NCBI GenBank assembly: GCA_002104945.1
Contig: MCFH01000030.1
Coordinates: forward strand, 558,001-622,000
Source of the DNA: Piromyces finnis finn
Lineage: Eukaryota > Fungi > Neocallimastigomycota
Length of the DNA stretch: 64,000 nt
Direction: 5' to 3'
Shown here: one piece after another, positions 12,081 through 27,300 of the stretch
Layout: each line of letters starts with the position of its first letter
Numbering within the stretch: the stretch's first letter is position 1
The notes under the pieces: generated by a model
The model's database searches: none
What the model saw: the letters and a program-made list of their open reading frames with translations, nothing else
What the model was told of the DNA's origin: nothing
Made by a program: the position numbers and the translations under genes

Positions 12081-15000
12081 TATATAAAGTTAAATGAAGA
12101 TAATAAATAAGCTGTCCATAATAAAATTTATATTTAATACCAATAGATGTTTAACAAAAATAGTATTTATTTTTGTAAGTACAATTATCCTAAAGCCAGT
12201 AATATTCAACATTTTATATATCTAAAGTATATTTAAATTAAATATAATTAAGATTTTAAATATTAATCGAAATGAAATTAAATTCTATTACAAATTTATA
12301 TGGTTTATTTAATCTAGTAAATATAATTAAAAAGATATAAAATTAATTTTTCAGATGCTATTAATAATTTGATAAAAAATTTTACGGATATTAGAAATAA
12401 TAATTATAATAAAAGAAATAAAGAATCCTCAAGTATTTTTCTTATAGATACTTATGTATCTTTCTGGAGAAATTAAAAAACAAGAAATCAATATATTTTC
12501 TTGGGTACAAAAATAAGAATATTTTAATGGTTAAGTTTTGTAAAAAAAAAAAAAAAAAATTAAAAAATTTTGCAATTAAAATATATAATTTATATTATTG
12601 TTATTATATAAATCTTATTTATTAAGAATTAATATTTATTAAATATATTAATCCTTCTTAATTACATATTTAAAACATTATTTAAGTTTTATCATTAAAA
12701 AAAAAAAAAAAATAGAAATAAAATACTATTAAGTAATATTCTAATTTCTTATGTTTTATTTATTACTTTTAATATAAATTATTCTTAAATAAATATATTA
12801 AAGTTTTAATGTTTTAAAAATATTCATTTTGTTTTAACAAATTAGCGAACTGGTTATGATACAAATTTCAAAAAGTTTATGGTAAATTAAACTGTTTTTT
12901 TTTTTTTCTTATCCTAATTATAATTTATTATTGAAATTATAATTATTTTAGGTATTTAATAAAAAAAAGAAACCTAGTATATCCATAATATATTATAGGA
13001 ATAAATAATTTTTTTTTCTTCAAGTTTTCAAGTTTTATTAAAAAAAAAAAAAATTTCCTATTTATTTAACATTTATTAATAATTAAAGTTTAAAAGCTAT
13101 ATTAAATTTTATATCTTTAATAGTTAAGAAATATTACACAAAATTATATACAAAATAGGTAAATGTAACAAAAAAGAAAAATATTTATATAAAAGTTTTT
13201 TTCTTTTTTAAAGTATTATTGTATTATTATTATCATTAAAAAAAAATAATGATAATTTTAAATTATGCCAATAGATACAAATACTTGTACACATTACAAA
13301 AGATACCCGTACATTATATATTTTATTTTTCAAAATTAAATTTATATTATTTTTTTTTTAGTGTTGGTTTTATTTTTCAAATTTTAATAGTTATTTTTCA
13401 TTATAATAGTTATTGATTATTAAAACTTTATTATTATTTAAAATATAATTGTGAAACAATATATATTTTGTATTATTATATTAAATAAAACTTTGTGGTG
13501 AATATTAAATTATCATTAAATAATTATTATAAATTCCAATTTTTTATTTCGATAATTTAAAAACATTTCAAATAGATCTGATATAAATTACATGTTTCTT
13601 TTTTTTTCTTTTATTATAACATTTCATTAATGTTTAATTAATATTAAAATATATAAAATTAATACAATAACAGTTAACTGATAGAAATTATAAGTTTTTT
13701 TATTCTTCTAAAAAAAAAGTATGAATAATTAATATGGGAATGAACATTAATTGAAATTATAAAATATTATTATTGTATTGCCCAATAAGATAAAACAAAA
13801 TTAGATGGATTGTCCTTTTCATATCAAACTTTATTTCTATTTAAAATCTCAAAATTACAATTATACCATATAGAATAATAATAAAAAATAAAATTGATTA
13901 TCACTTTTTGAAAATACAATTTTAAGAATATCATTTTTCACTATCGCATTATTATGTATAAATAATTTATGTTATTATATATTATAATAAATAAATACTA
14001 CTAAATTAACCATATACACTATATATTTTTATTAATATTAATGATTTTATAATGATTAAATATTAATAAAGTATATATATCAAAAATGATAGTATTAGTT
14101 TTAAGTATTTTTTTTTTCATCCAAGATATAAAGTTTAATTTTATTTTATTAAAAAACTTCATATTAATATATTTTTAATTAAATATAAATTAAAAACTTC
14201 AGAAATAATAGTTAATGTTTCCCTTTTAATTAAATTTTAATTAAAAAATTTCCATAAATAATAATATTTAGAATTTATACAAATAATTTTTAAAAACTCA
14301 TAATTTAATGTTTATTTATTCACTAATATTTAATATTAGTATTGATTTGAGGAATAATAATAGAAATAAAAATATAATAGTTATACCACTACTACTAATA
14401 ATGATAATAAGATAAAACCATAAAAAAATATAAAAAATATATAAATTATTAAAATTTTTAAGATTTATAAAAGTTTTATAATTTTTATTATATTTGCTAA
14501 AAGTTATTATTATCAATAATTATTATAATTAGAAATTAGTATTATAATATTTGCATAATAATAAAAAAGAAAGTTACTATAATACTAAAAAAAATGTTTT
14601 ATTTTATATTTTTTTAGGCAAAACATTAATATTATCTATTTTAAAATATAATAAAAATTCAAAATTTTATTGGTTTTTGCTTTATTAGTAGTTGCATCTA
14701 AAAAATTTAAACTTTTAATACTTATAATTTTAAGTTTACCACATAATATCGAGAAATTTAAAGATAAAAATAGTTATTTTAATTTCTACTTTAATTTCTA
14801 TAAAATGATTCTATTTGTTAAAGGAAAAAAAGTCTCGTATATTGTTGGTAATGATTTATTAATATTAACATTATTGGTATATAAAGTTATTTTAATTTTT
14901 AGTTTTTATTAAATTACTGGTTTTTTATATATATATATATTGATTATTATTATGCCTTTTTATTTGTTATTTTATTATTATTATACCTACTTTTTTTTAA

Positions 15001-15420
15001 AAGGTTACTTTTTAATATTAATATTATTATTTTTAAAAATCTAAAATATTATGAAAATTTTTAAAACTTTATTATTAAGTTTTTTTATTGAATATTTTAG
15101 ATCATAATGATTTCTTAATATTATTATTTTTTGTACTACCAATTTTGCTTTTTAGTATAAAAAGAATGTTTTTGAACTTTTTTTGCATCTCATTACTAAT
15201 AAAAAGTATATAATTAATTTTTATTTAATTTCTTTTATAATAAAAAGAAAAAAAAAAGAGTAATATTATTATTATTACTCTTTTGTAAATTTGTAATATA
15301 TATAAAAAAAATAATATTTTTTAAATAATTTTTTTATTTAAGATAGAAAAATTAATATTACAGAAAATAAATATTTAAAAATTAATAATTTATTAGATAA
15401 TATAAGTAAATTAATTAAAA

Positions 15421-18381
15421 ATGAAGGCATTTTTATTTATCCCATTTTTAGGTAAATAACAATATATATTTTTTTTTCTTTGTTATATGTTATATATTTT
15501 CATTTCAAAAATAACATTATTAATATAATTCATTTTTAATATAATTGTAGTATCCACTGTATTAGGTGGTTTCTTAAGTGGTTTAGACAGAACATTTGAT
15601 GAAGTTGAATCAAAAATAATTGACTTATATGTCACTTTACCAACAAGTCAAGTTAATAGTTTAATATCTATGACTCAAATTTCTCAATCTAAAGTTCAAA
15701 GTGTTGGAGCTAACAATATTCCTGATTTTTCATATGATGATGCTACCATCGTTGTAAAATGGAATGGGTATATATATTATGATCATAAATTTATTCTTGA
15801 AAATAAATTAAAAGTATTTTTAATACTTATACTTTTTTTTTTTTTAAAAAATAATAAATATAAATAATTTAATGATAGAAATTCTAAAACCTTTGATAAA
15901 GTAACTTTTAAAACTGGTGGTATGTATGGCCGTTCCTATGATAAAGTTGGATTTAATCTTAAATTCGATAAGAAATTCTTAGGTCGTAAAAGTTTCAAGC
16001 TTAGACCAGATAGTGGTGATGCTAGTAAAATCCGTTCCAAACTTTGTTGTGATATCGTTAACAGATTAGGTTTACCATCTATTCAAGGAACTTATGCTAG
16101 ACTTTACATGAACAATGAATTCTGGGGTTTATACGTTTTTATGGATTCTCTTAAAACATCATGGATTAAGAATACTTTCAATCCATCTGAAAAAGAAGTT
16201 ACTACTTTATATCAATGTAAGAATGGTGGTTTTAATTTTAGATCTTCTTCTTCTTATGCCTGTATTAATGCTAATGATGATTATCCAGATATGACTGAAT
16301 TCAAGAAATTTATTAATGACGTAAACAATGCTAAATCAGTTTCTGAAATTGAAAAAATTATGGATGTTGATGGTTTCTTAAAACACTTAGCTTTTGAATG
16401 GTTAATTGGTTCTTTTGATCATTTCTTATATTACGGTCATAACTTTGTTTGGTACAAGAGAGAAAGTGATGGTAAATGGGTTGTTATATACTACGATTTT
16501 GATAATACTTTTGGTAATGGTGTAAGCTCTTCTTTATGGTCTAATAAGGGTTTGAATCAAGATGGTACTGGTGCTAATCGTGGTAATCAACCTGTCAATT
16601 ATACTTTTGCTGACTGGGAAAACAATATTCCAATTCTTAAAACTTTAGTTTACCAAAATAAAACTAAATTTAAGCAAATTGTTCGTGACGTTTTAGTTCA
16701 AGCTTTCAATCCTACCCTCTTAAATTCTCGTATTAATGAAATTAAACAATTTATTTCTCCATACGTCAAAGAAGATTTTACTCCAAACTCAAATGGAAAA
16801 TACCCAGGAAGAATCAATAACTCTGGTTCTAAGACTTCTACTTCTTACAGTTATTTCGAATATAATATTGAAAACAGTCTTAAGACTTGGATCAAAACAA
16901 AGTTTGAAGTTGCTTGTTCAAACTATGGTTTTAGTCAAAGCGAAATTTTAGCTGAATCTTCAAAGTTCACTCCAAAACCATACAACTATGGATCTAGTTC
17001 TTCATCTACCGAACAACCAAAAACTACTACTACCAAATCATCCACTTCAACCACCCAATCAACTAGTTCTGGAAAGAGATACGATATTATCAAGGAAGGA
17101 TCCTCAAAGATTTCTGTTGAATGGGAAGATTGGTCATGGGGTGTTGAAAGTAGTAGATTCAATTCAAAGGGTGAAATGGCTAATAATATTGTTGCTGGTA
17201 AGTGGGGAGGTGTTTCCTTTAAGAGAAATGACGGTGCTCAATTAGGTTCTGGTACTTTACACTTTATGGCTAGAACTAATGATACCTCTGCTACCCTTCA
17301 AGTCTTATTACATCTTAGTGAAGTTGACGAATATGTTAGTGCAGGTAATGTTAAGAGTACTTCAACTTCTAAATTAACAGAATTCAATGTTGCTATTGAA
17401 GAACCATCTGCTGGTAAATATGATAGAATTACAATTCAAGATGCCAATAATAAGGGTCTTATATTATATCTTAACGACGTTTACTTTATTGATGGTGCTT
17501 CCACTACAACTACTACAACAACTATTAAGACAACAACTACCACAACTGTTAAGAAGACAACCACTACTACAACTACTGTTAAGCCAACTACTACAACAAC
17601 AACTGTCAAATCAACTACTACCACAACTGTAAAACCAACTACTACAACTACTACTAAAAAGACTACCACTACTACTAATACTCCAGAACCAACCAGTACT
17701 GGAAAGAGATACGATATTATCAAGGAAGGATCCTCAAAGATTTCTGTTGAATGGGAAGATTGGTCATGGGGTGTTGAAAGTAGTAGATTCAATTCAAAGG
17801 GTGAAATGGTTAATAATATTGTTGCTGGTAAGTGGGGAGGTGTTTCCTTTAAGAGAAATGACGGTGCTCAATTAGGTTCTGGTACTTTACATTTTATGGC
17901 TAGAACTAATGATACCTCTGCTACCCTTCAAGTCTTATTACATCTTAGTGAAGTTGACGAATATGTTAGTGCAGGTAATGTTAAGAGTACTTCAACTTCT
18001 AAATTAACAGAATTCAATGTTGCTATTGAAGAACCATCTGCTGGTAAATATGATAGAATTACAATTCAAGATGCCAATAATAAGGGTCTTATATTATATC
18101 TTAACGATGTTTACTTTATTGATGGTGCTTCCACTACAACAACTACCACCATTAAGAAAACTACTACTGTTAAAACTACAACTACTGTTAAGACTACAAC
18201 TACAATTAAGGCCACAACCACTACTGCTAATTCAAAGCCAACCAATGGTTGTACTGAAATTACTAAAGGTTATTATCCATGTGGTGGTTTACTTTATCCA
18301 GATGCTTCTCCATGTTGTGAAGAAGGTTTCAAATGTGAAGTAGTCAATGAATATTTCTCAATGTGTTCATTAATCATTTAA
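15421..18381 (+). CDS. Secreted CotH-family protein kinase + Ser/Thr linker + 2 x CBM29-like module + Thr linkers + C-terminal CBM1-like module; 3 exons (15421-15451, 15551-15767, 15879-18381)
   Basis: Signal peptide MKAFLFIPFLVSTVLG. CotH motifs FKLRPDSGDASKIRSKL, YARLYMNNEFWGLY, DHFLYYGHNFVWY, YYDFDNTFG. The repeated module WEDWSWG..GKWGGVSFKRN..YDRITIQDA resembles CBM29 (recalled). C-terminus CGG..YPDASPCCEEGFKCEVVNEYFSMC. Confidence 0.9.
17071..18144 (+). repeat. Intragenic duplication of the CBM29-like module (17071-~17514 and 17701-~18144; period 630 nt)
   Basis: Both copies start GGAAAGAGATACGATATTATC. Only three substitutions were seen by eye (one Ala/Val, two synonymous). Confidence 0.95.
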
Positions 18382-19081
18382 ACGAAAGAAATCATAATAG
18401 AAAATTAATGAAAAACTAATCATTTATATAGAAGTAAATATAACTGGCTTATATAAATATATAAATGAATTATCTTTTTATTTAATTGTTACTTTTATTT
18501 TTATTTAAACATATAAATAATCATATAAATAATATAAATGATATAAATAATAATAATATAAATAATAATATAAATAACAATAACAATATACTTATTGATA
18601 TAATTAATAATATAATTAAAAATATAATTAAAAATATAATTAATAATAATAATTATAATTATTATAATGATAATTAAACGTATATAATAATATAATATAT
18701 AAAATATATTTAGTAGTCATTATTAATTACATAAATAAATATCTATTAGTAAATATGTATAAAAAATTATCAAAAAGAATATTAATAAAATAAAGCATAA
18801 AAAACATAAAAAAAAAATATATAATAAAATAAATTAAGAAAATTTTAAAAACTCTAAAAAACTGTGAAATTAATTTTTTTATAGCCATATGAAATGCTTA
18901 TTTTTGGTGTTAATAAAATGCTACTATCGCTATTAAATTTATCAACTTTAAAGATGGTATAATGTGAAATATTTACAGATTTTTTATGTTGAAATTTATT
19001 TTTATTTATTTAATATTTTTATTTTTTATTAATTTAATATATTTTTAAATGTTATTATGTACAAGGTCATCATCCTTGTAT

Positions 19082-20896
19082 ATCCCTCTTGGAGGATACT
19101 TAAAAAAGATGCTTAGAAGAGTTAATGAATGGGCCTTGTATAATGAAATGGAATTTGGTATCCAGAAATGTTCAACGATGGTGATTCGTCCTGAATCAAT
19201 AGAAAATCAGAACAAGAGAGATCCAACATTTTACTTAGCAGGACAACCCATTCCAACTACTGATTGTTATACTTATCTTGGTGTTCCATTTGATAAGAAT
19301 CTGTCCCTTAAACCAGTTATTAAAGCTCTTAATAACAAGGTTTTGAAAGGACTTTTCTCAGTCAGTAAATTCTTAAGAAATCCTAATATTCCTATTCCTT
19401 TCAAAAAGCTAGTACTTAACTCACAAGTGATTAGCAGAGTTTCATACTTTGCACCATTACTTGGATCCAACAAAACTAGGTCTAGGATTGCTCAGAAGCA
19501 TGTTAACAAAGGAATACGATGGGTTGCCGGAGTTCATAAAGCCGTATCGTTTATATCTTTATACTCTATCTCAAAAGATTTGAATATTCCTCCATTGTCA
19601 GCCAAATGTGCGTTAGCTCAGGTTAGATGTTTTAACAAATGGAAAAACTCGAATTGTATTATCTCACACCTTGTCAATTACATTCCTAAATTTAGAAAAT
19701 ACACGTGGTGCAAATCAAGTAGGACACTTGATAAAAAACTAAAGAAACATGGAGATGTTAAAGCAATTAAAAACTTTTATTGGAAAGATCTCAAAGGGAA
19801 TTCAATCAAAGCGCAATATTATGATGATAATAAATTTAGTGAAACTAAAGATTTTATTAAATTATGTTATGAATACCCAGAGTTTGCCTATGGCTTCTAC
19901 TGGCTATTGAAAGCAAGAAGCGGATACAAGTTGGATGCTAGAGTTGCCAAAGCTGCTAAATTTGTTGATCCAGTTTGTCCTAACTACTGTCCATGTTGCA
20001 AGTGTGGTGTTCAAAGTATTAAACATTGGTTATTAGATTGTCCAACATTTAGAGATATCCGTATTAAGCATTATGATTCCATAGTCCAGCTACTAAATTT
20101 TTTCAGTCAACGTATTTCCAATAGTCCTATCAATAATAATGAAAATGTTAATATCAGTAGAGATAGCAATAACAGTAATAGTAATAGTAACAATAGTAGT
20201 AATAACAATAGTAGTAATAGAAATAATAATATTAGTAATGATAGCAATAGTGAAGATAATAATTCTAATTTAGATAGTAATTTAGTTAATGATAGTAATA
20301 GTTCTAATAATCCGGTGAATATTAATGTGTATGATTATTCTAGTGTGTGCAGTAAAATATTTAAATTCCTTCTTGGGGGAAGAAGTTTTAACAATATTAA
20401 TTACAATTCAAGGGAATGGAAAGAACTTTGTAAGCGTCAGATTCAATCTGGTACTAACGAAGGAACACCATTCTTGACGGTAACCGCGGAACTTCTAACC
20501 AAAATCATGCCTTTTGCTATTGGCTAGCAATGGTCAATGTTCAAAAGGTTTGAAGCAACATCCAAGAGCGTCAATGCTGAAGAAACAGTAAGACAGGCCA
20601 GGAGGGCCAGCGCAACCAATGGAGATCATAATTTTGTTCCATGACAAAATTTTGATCTTTGGCTCGGTGTCCCATTGGAAGTCAAATACAATTATTATAC
20701 TTTAGTATGATAGTGGCTTTCTTACTTTAATTAAAATTACTAGAATACATTATACCCAATTTTTATTCATTTGTGTTTATTTAAACATATTTTATTTTTA
20801 TTTTTATTTTTAATTTTTTATGTAACATGTATTATAATTTTAATTAAATTAATAATAAAGTTTAAAATATTTGATGCCATTAAAAAAAAAAAAAAA
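19082..20896 (+). mobile_element. LINE copy 2: 5'-truncated (starts just after the FADD motif), poly(A) tail, 13-bp TSD ATCATCCTTGTAT (19069-19081 / 20897-20909)
   Basis: Near-identical to 10000-11790. The TSD flanks the insert exactly; poly(A) 20882-20897. Confidence 0.97.
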
Positions 20897-21022
20897 ATCA
20901 TCCTTGTATTTCATACTATCCCAGAAAAATAATTCCTTTTTTAAAAAAAGTTATAAAATTTAATCCATAAATATATGATTTTTCAACATAACAAAAAATA
21001 TATTAAAATTTTAGAAATATTA

Positions 21023-21053
<31 letters not shown>

Positions 21054-21306
21054 AATATTATATTTATTAATATTTTTTTTTCAAGAATGATAGTTATGTG
21101 AATAAATAAATGAGTACAATAAATTATTGAAATATTATAAAATACAGAAAAACTATTATTGTAATGTGATTCAATTATATAAAAGAAAATGAATAATAAC
21201 AAAGAAAAATAATTAAAAAATAATTTTTATATTAAAAGGATATTGATAATAAACTATTTTTATAATAGAGGTTATTTTTTAATAATAATAATAAAAAAGT
21301 TTCATC

Positions 21307-24300
21307 TTATTTTATTTCGTAAAGTTTAGTTTTGAAGTTTTCAATCATTTTAATAATAATATTATGTTGATAATCATTATAGTAAGAATCACGTATTTGT
21401 ATTAATTTTAATTCATTCAAAAAGTATTCTAAAAAGTTTGTAAATACAGTTTTGTGAATAAAAGGTGGAGATAAGCTAGGATTTTTATTGGAAGTTATCC
21501 TTGAGTAATAATTAGCCCAAAGCTGATCAATATGATTCATTATAAATTTTGAATAAGGTTCTATTTCTGATCCCAATTCATTTTTAATAACCGATAGTTC
21601 GAATAAACTTGACAAGAATCGTTTGAAAAAGAAAAATTTTAGAAGAACTATAAAATATTTATTTTCTATTTCGATATAATTTATTCTTTTATTTGACTCT
21701 TCTTTCTAACTTTGTAATAATAGCTATAATGTTCGGTATTGGTATTATGATTCAAGTTTTTGTATTTCATTAGAAGCATTGGTTTAACAAAGGATTCATC
21801 CTTTGAAAATATTACTTTTGCCTTTCCTGGTTGACCTTGTCTACCAGCTCTGCCAATACCTTGATATTCTATTCTTGAATTTTGTGGAAAGAAACCTAAG
21901 ATGACGTATAAACCACCAACTTGTAATGCTTCTTTACTTAGTATAATATCTGTTCCTCGACCTGCAGCATTTGTAGAAACTAATATATTTCCAATATTTC
22001 CAGACTTTTCTAGTATATACTCTTCTTTCTCTTTCTGAGCATCATTTAATACTAAATTACCAATCCCTAGTCGATTTAATTTCATTGAAAATTCTATGCT
22101 TTCATGAATATTTTCTAATAGAATTAACATTGGTTGCTTCAATGTATTATTTCTAATCAATTTAATAATTCTCTGATATTTTTGTTCCTTTGTCTGATAA
22201 ATTTCTGGTTCTTCTATGATCAATTTTTCTTTAAAATTTCTTGGTAGATTATATAACTCAACATCATATAGTTTACTAATCTCTCTTTTTTCTATCTCTT
22301 CCCCAATTGTGCCAGTTAATCTAAATATGGTTTGATAGTTTTGGAAATAAATTGGATGTGAAATAGATCCAATGACGGAAGTTTCTTCCTCAGGAGTTAA
22401 TCCTTCTTTAATTACAACAAATTCATGAATACTTCTATTCCATTTAGAGCCATATTGAATTCTACCAGTATTACTCGATATAATCTGAATTTCTTTTTTT
22501 TTGTAATTCTTCATTAAATCCAATAATATAATCTTCATTTAGTTTTTTATTCATGGCTATTTTTACAGCATTGATCCATTCGTTAATCTTTTCATCTTTA
22601 ATTTGGTGCAATTGTTCCCGATGAATTCCATCTTCGAACGTACTTAATATTTTTCTAATGGTAGGGACATTTGGATTCATTGCGGTTTTTACATAATCAA
22701 ATATTGGACCGTAAACCCAATTATAGTGATATTGAGAATTATAAGCGATGTTAGCACTATTTAATGATGTATCTATAAAAAGATTATCACACTCATCCAC
22801 AATAGCAACGTGATATTTTCTTTCTACTAATTCATTTTTGCCTAATGGTTGTGTCCTATTTTTATTTTGAATAAATAGTCCTTCTCTTAGTAGGGTAAAT
22901 TCAAAATCTGTATTTGTTCCATATAAAATTATACCATTGTAATCTTCTTTTATTAGATATTGTTTTGCTAAGTTACTGGAAGAAACACCAAAAAGAGAAA
23001 ATAATTTTTTGAATTTAATTTGATCTCTTTTAGCAAGATAATGAGTGGATGTTATAACATCTACAAAATAACCCATTAATGCATTAGACAATGCAAGTAT
23101 GGCTATAATCATACTTTTTCCTTCTCCAGTTTTAATTTGGGCAATTCTTCCATGATTTGTTTTCTTTTTATAGTGAATTAAAAATGATGCAATAGCTAAT
23201 ATTTGAATTAAATATGGAGTATAATTCAAGGTTTCTTCAAATCCTCTCGAAATAATAGCTAATAATTTTGCTATATTTTTCAATGTTGGATTATATTTAA
23301 ATTCTTGTCCTATTTGCCTACCTAATTCACTAAAGTTTTTACATGTATTGTATTCGGTGTAGTAGGTATTGAAATGGAGGGCAATTTCTTTTAACATAAA
23401 CTTATCATTAAATTCAATTTTATCAAGTAGACTATCCAATTTATCGACATAGTTATAAAAATTAAATTCAGGTAATTTATTAAGTTTATTGAATTTTATA
23501 ATAATATTGCTAATGCTTTCTGATTTGGTATTTAATATCTTTGTTGCCATTTTAATATCTCTAAATTTTATAATGTAGAGTTCAGTAGCCTTGACCAAGG
23601 ATAAGAATTCTTTTGAAATAGTAGAGTTTTTATCGAGTAATTTTTTCATCGACTCAAATATATCTATTTTTTCACCCACAGTTAATTGTTCAGAGTTTTT
23701 GATGTACTGGTCACATTCTAAAGCTATATTTAAGGATTCAGAACCGATATTTTTGTTAGATAATACTTTTTGGATGAAACAATCAATAGGTAATAAAGAG
23801 TCAATACTTTTATGAATAATAGGATATTTTTCTAGATAGTCATTGATTTCTTCTTCATCAAGCAATGGTGGAATAAAATGAGCATATTTAATATGAATAT
23901 ATTTCATACTACTTTTCTTTTTGCAAATTTTTAAAAGATTATTAATGAAGGAATAAGCAGAAATATTAAACCGTATGGATTTAAGATTTTTAAAGATTGG
24001 ATAAGGATCACATTCAATAATTAACCTAAACCCCTTAATAGTAGAAATTAAATCACGAATTTCAATCTTTGTCTTTGATTCAAAAGCGGAAAGGATTATT
24101 GCTCGAATAATTCGAACAAAGTCAAAAGTATTTTTACAATCATTACATAATAAGAATAGGTTATTCATTTCATTTAATATTACTTCAACATACTCAGGGT
24201 CTACTTTATATAATATAAAATTTAGAAATAGATCACAAATTTCAATGACATATTTGTTATTATTAATATTGGCTATGGTGGTGAAAAATTTATCAATGAA

Positions 24301-27300
24301 ATCATTTCTGTTAAACGCATTCCATTTAATAAAAGCCAACAATGCATTAAGATTTCCGATTAGGGAATGATATTGAATATATAGGTCTTTAGTGAAATAT
24401 TTTGAAACATATATCATTGCTAAGGATGAATTAAATTCTTCAAATGTATCCGTGTTGTGGATTTTTTGATTTTCCAATTCTTCCTGTTGTGAACTGTTGT
24501 TCATTTGGGTTTCGGGTGATACCTTATCTTTTATATCCATGATTTTTTCTTCTATAGGTTTTTTCTTATTATAAATAATGTCATAATATTTTTTTCTAAC
24601 TCTTGATTTGATAGCATTTTCATTATTATAATAGGTGATGAATTGATTCAATTCAAGAGATATTTCAGAGATGCTTCTATTTTTTATATCATTCAGAGAT
24701 AAATTATGGTATTCCATAAAAAGTTGGGCTATTTCAAATTGATTAGATTTTATGGAAAGTTGGAGGGGCGTAAGATTATTATTGTTTTTAATACGTATTT
24801 CATCGGTAGTATCAAGAGAGGATAGGAATAGAGCAATCATTGAAAATAAACCAAATTCCGAAGCAATATGTAATGGTGTATTTCCTTCCTTATTTTTAGT
24901 TGTAAGTAATTTAAAACTAAATTCTCCATTTATTTTTGATAATATTTCACTGGCACAAGATACACTGTTAGAATAACAACATAGGTGTAAAACGTTATTT
25001 CTATACTTATTTTGGGATAATAATTCTATATCAGAAAAAAGAAATAAATTAATCATACTAGGCTGATTATTGATACAACTTATCATTAGTATATTATTCA
25101 TAGTTTCATCGGAAAAACTATTTAGTTCATAGATAGAGTAAAGATCAATATAAGATTTTACATAGAATTCAGCATTTGGATTTTTAATTAATGCCAATAA
25201 ATGGGATACACTGTAACGATTTCGTAAAACAAAAGGTGAGTCCATTAAATAGGCAAGTAATTTTTTATTACCATATTCAAGGCCAATGGATATGGCATCA
25301 CTGTTGTTTGAATCTTTAAGATATGGATCGGCTCCATATTGCAATAATAATTTAAAAATTTCAGTAGCGGAACATTTTGCAGCACAATGAATTGGAGTGG
25401 AATAAGAATTGAAACGTTTTTTGAGGGAAGGTTCTTCTTTTGGAATAATTTGTAGATTGACATCATAATTTAAATATTCAATTAAATATCTTACAGTATT
25501 TATTTTATTGGCGTAGCAAGCCTCGTGTAATGAAGAGGTGCTAATGGAATACTTTTCTATTAATTCTGGTGGATAAAATAGAGACATTAAAAACAAACCA
25601 GTATTACATCCAATTCTTGCGGCTAATAAATAAGGCGTTTCTAATTTTCGATTTTGAAGTAAAATATAAGAAGGCCTTTCTGATATTACCTTTAATACTA
25701 TATCATAAAATATATTTATTTCAGAATCGTATTTATCACTTGACAATGGTTCCTTAAAAAGTAAGTGTAAATAGGAATCACCCTCTTTATTACGCTTTTC
25801 AAAATCAATATTAAAGGAATTAATTATTTCATTAGCCAAACCAAAGTTTTTATTTTTAATAAGGTTCATTACTAAAGTTTCACCTTCAATATTTTGTTGA
25901 TTAATATTTAATAATTTGAGATGCTTTTTAAATACTTTATTAAAAGTTGCATTACGGTTTTTTGATAGGATATAAAAAATATTTTCGTTGTTATCGCTAA
26001 AATAGTCATAAACATAATCATATTTTTCTAAGACATCATTAATATCAAAGTCATTGCTTATATTTGTAAAAAGTACCTCATGAAAATTCTGAATAATCCT
26101 GTCCAGAGCTAATAAAATATAATTAGCTTTTATTTTATTACCAACGTTTAAATGATCAAAATAATCAAAAATTAGAGTTAAACTATTTTTAAAATCGAGA
26201 GAAAAGTGTATATAATCAAAGGGATAGTATTGATTTTCATCTTTAATAAAAAAGTAGTTTGCATAGTCATCAGGTAATGATTTCATAGCCCACAAATTAT
26301 TACTTTTAATAATAAGATGTGGTAAAAAGGTTTTTTCTTTTGTTAATTCAGACAATCCAATATTTATTAACTTTAATAAATTAGTTAATCGAGAATGTTT
26401 TATCGATTCATTAAACCTTTCATTTTCTGATAATAAATTTTCAATAGATGCTAGTGTTTCGCGATAATGTTGATACTGATTACTGTTAAGAAGAGAAGGG
26501 TAAAATTCTGATAGTACGTAAAGGTTATCTTTTCTTGACATTCCTAAATTTTCTAGAATTTCTAAATCCTTTGAGGATAGTTTTTTATGATGTAGTATGA
26601 GCATTTTTTTGAATACCCCTGGACGACAGAATTTAATTGCTGTATATAAATCAATTGTGGATAAATCAATACATTTAAACATTTTCAAAATGATTTCAAA
26701 GGACACTAATGTTAAACGAGGTGTTTTACATAAAGGAAGAATGGAGAGACGGAAAGATTTGAATTTTTGTAATTCTAAAATATCACATAAAATACCCAAG
26801 GATTCCATTTTTTCATTGATAGCAGCTTTACAAATAAGATGGTTTAATATTTTGTACACTTTTTCATCTGCTTTTTGAATGGTTGTGAATATTACCTTTA
26901 ACATTTTATCATCGTTTGATTCAATGCAACAATCAAAAATGGTATTTCCGTTATAAACCTTGTTATTATGTGTGAATAAATCACATCCATAGCCTAGAGC
27001 TTCCTTAATCCAATCGCATAAATTATTTTTTCCAATAAAGGTCATGATAGGATATTCCTTAAGATCTATTAATTGAGACAAGTATTTAATGGATTCCTTT
27101 TTCCTTCCTTTACATGCAGTTTCAATAAGTTCAATACAATTATTAAAGGATTTTAATGGAAGTTCTTCATCCAAATTTGGGATCACTTTTTCAATTTCAT
27201 TAAGGTTTCCATCACTAAAAAGTTTGACCAAATATTTTAATTTATTTTTGTCACCGTCATGATGAGAGTGTACAGAGAGTAAGGTATGTTTTAATTTTTC

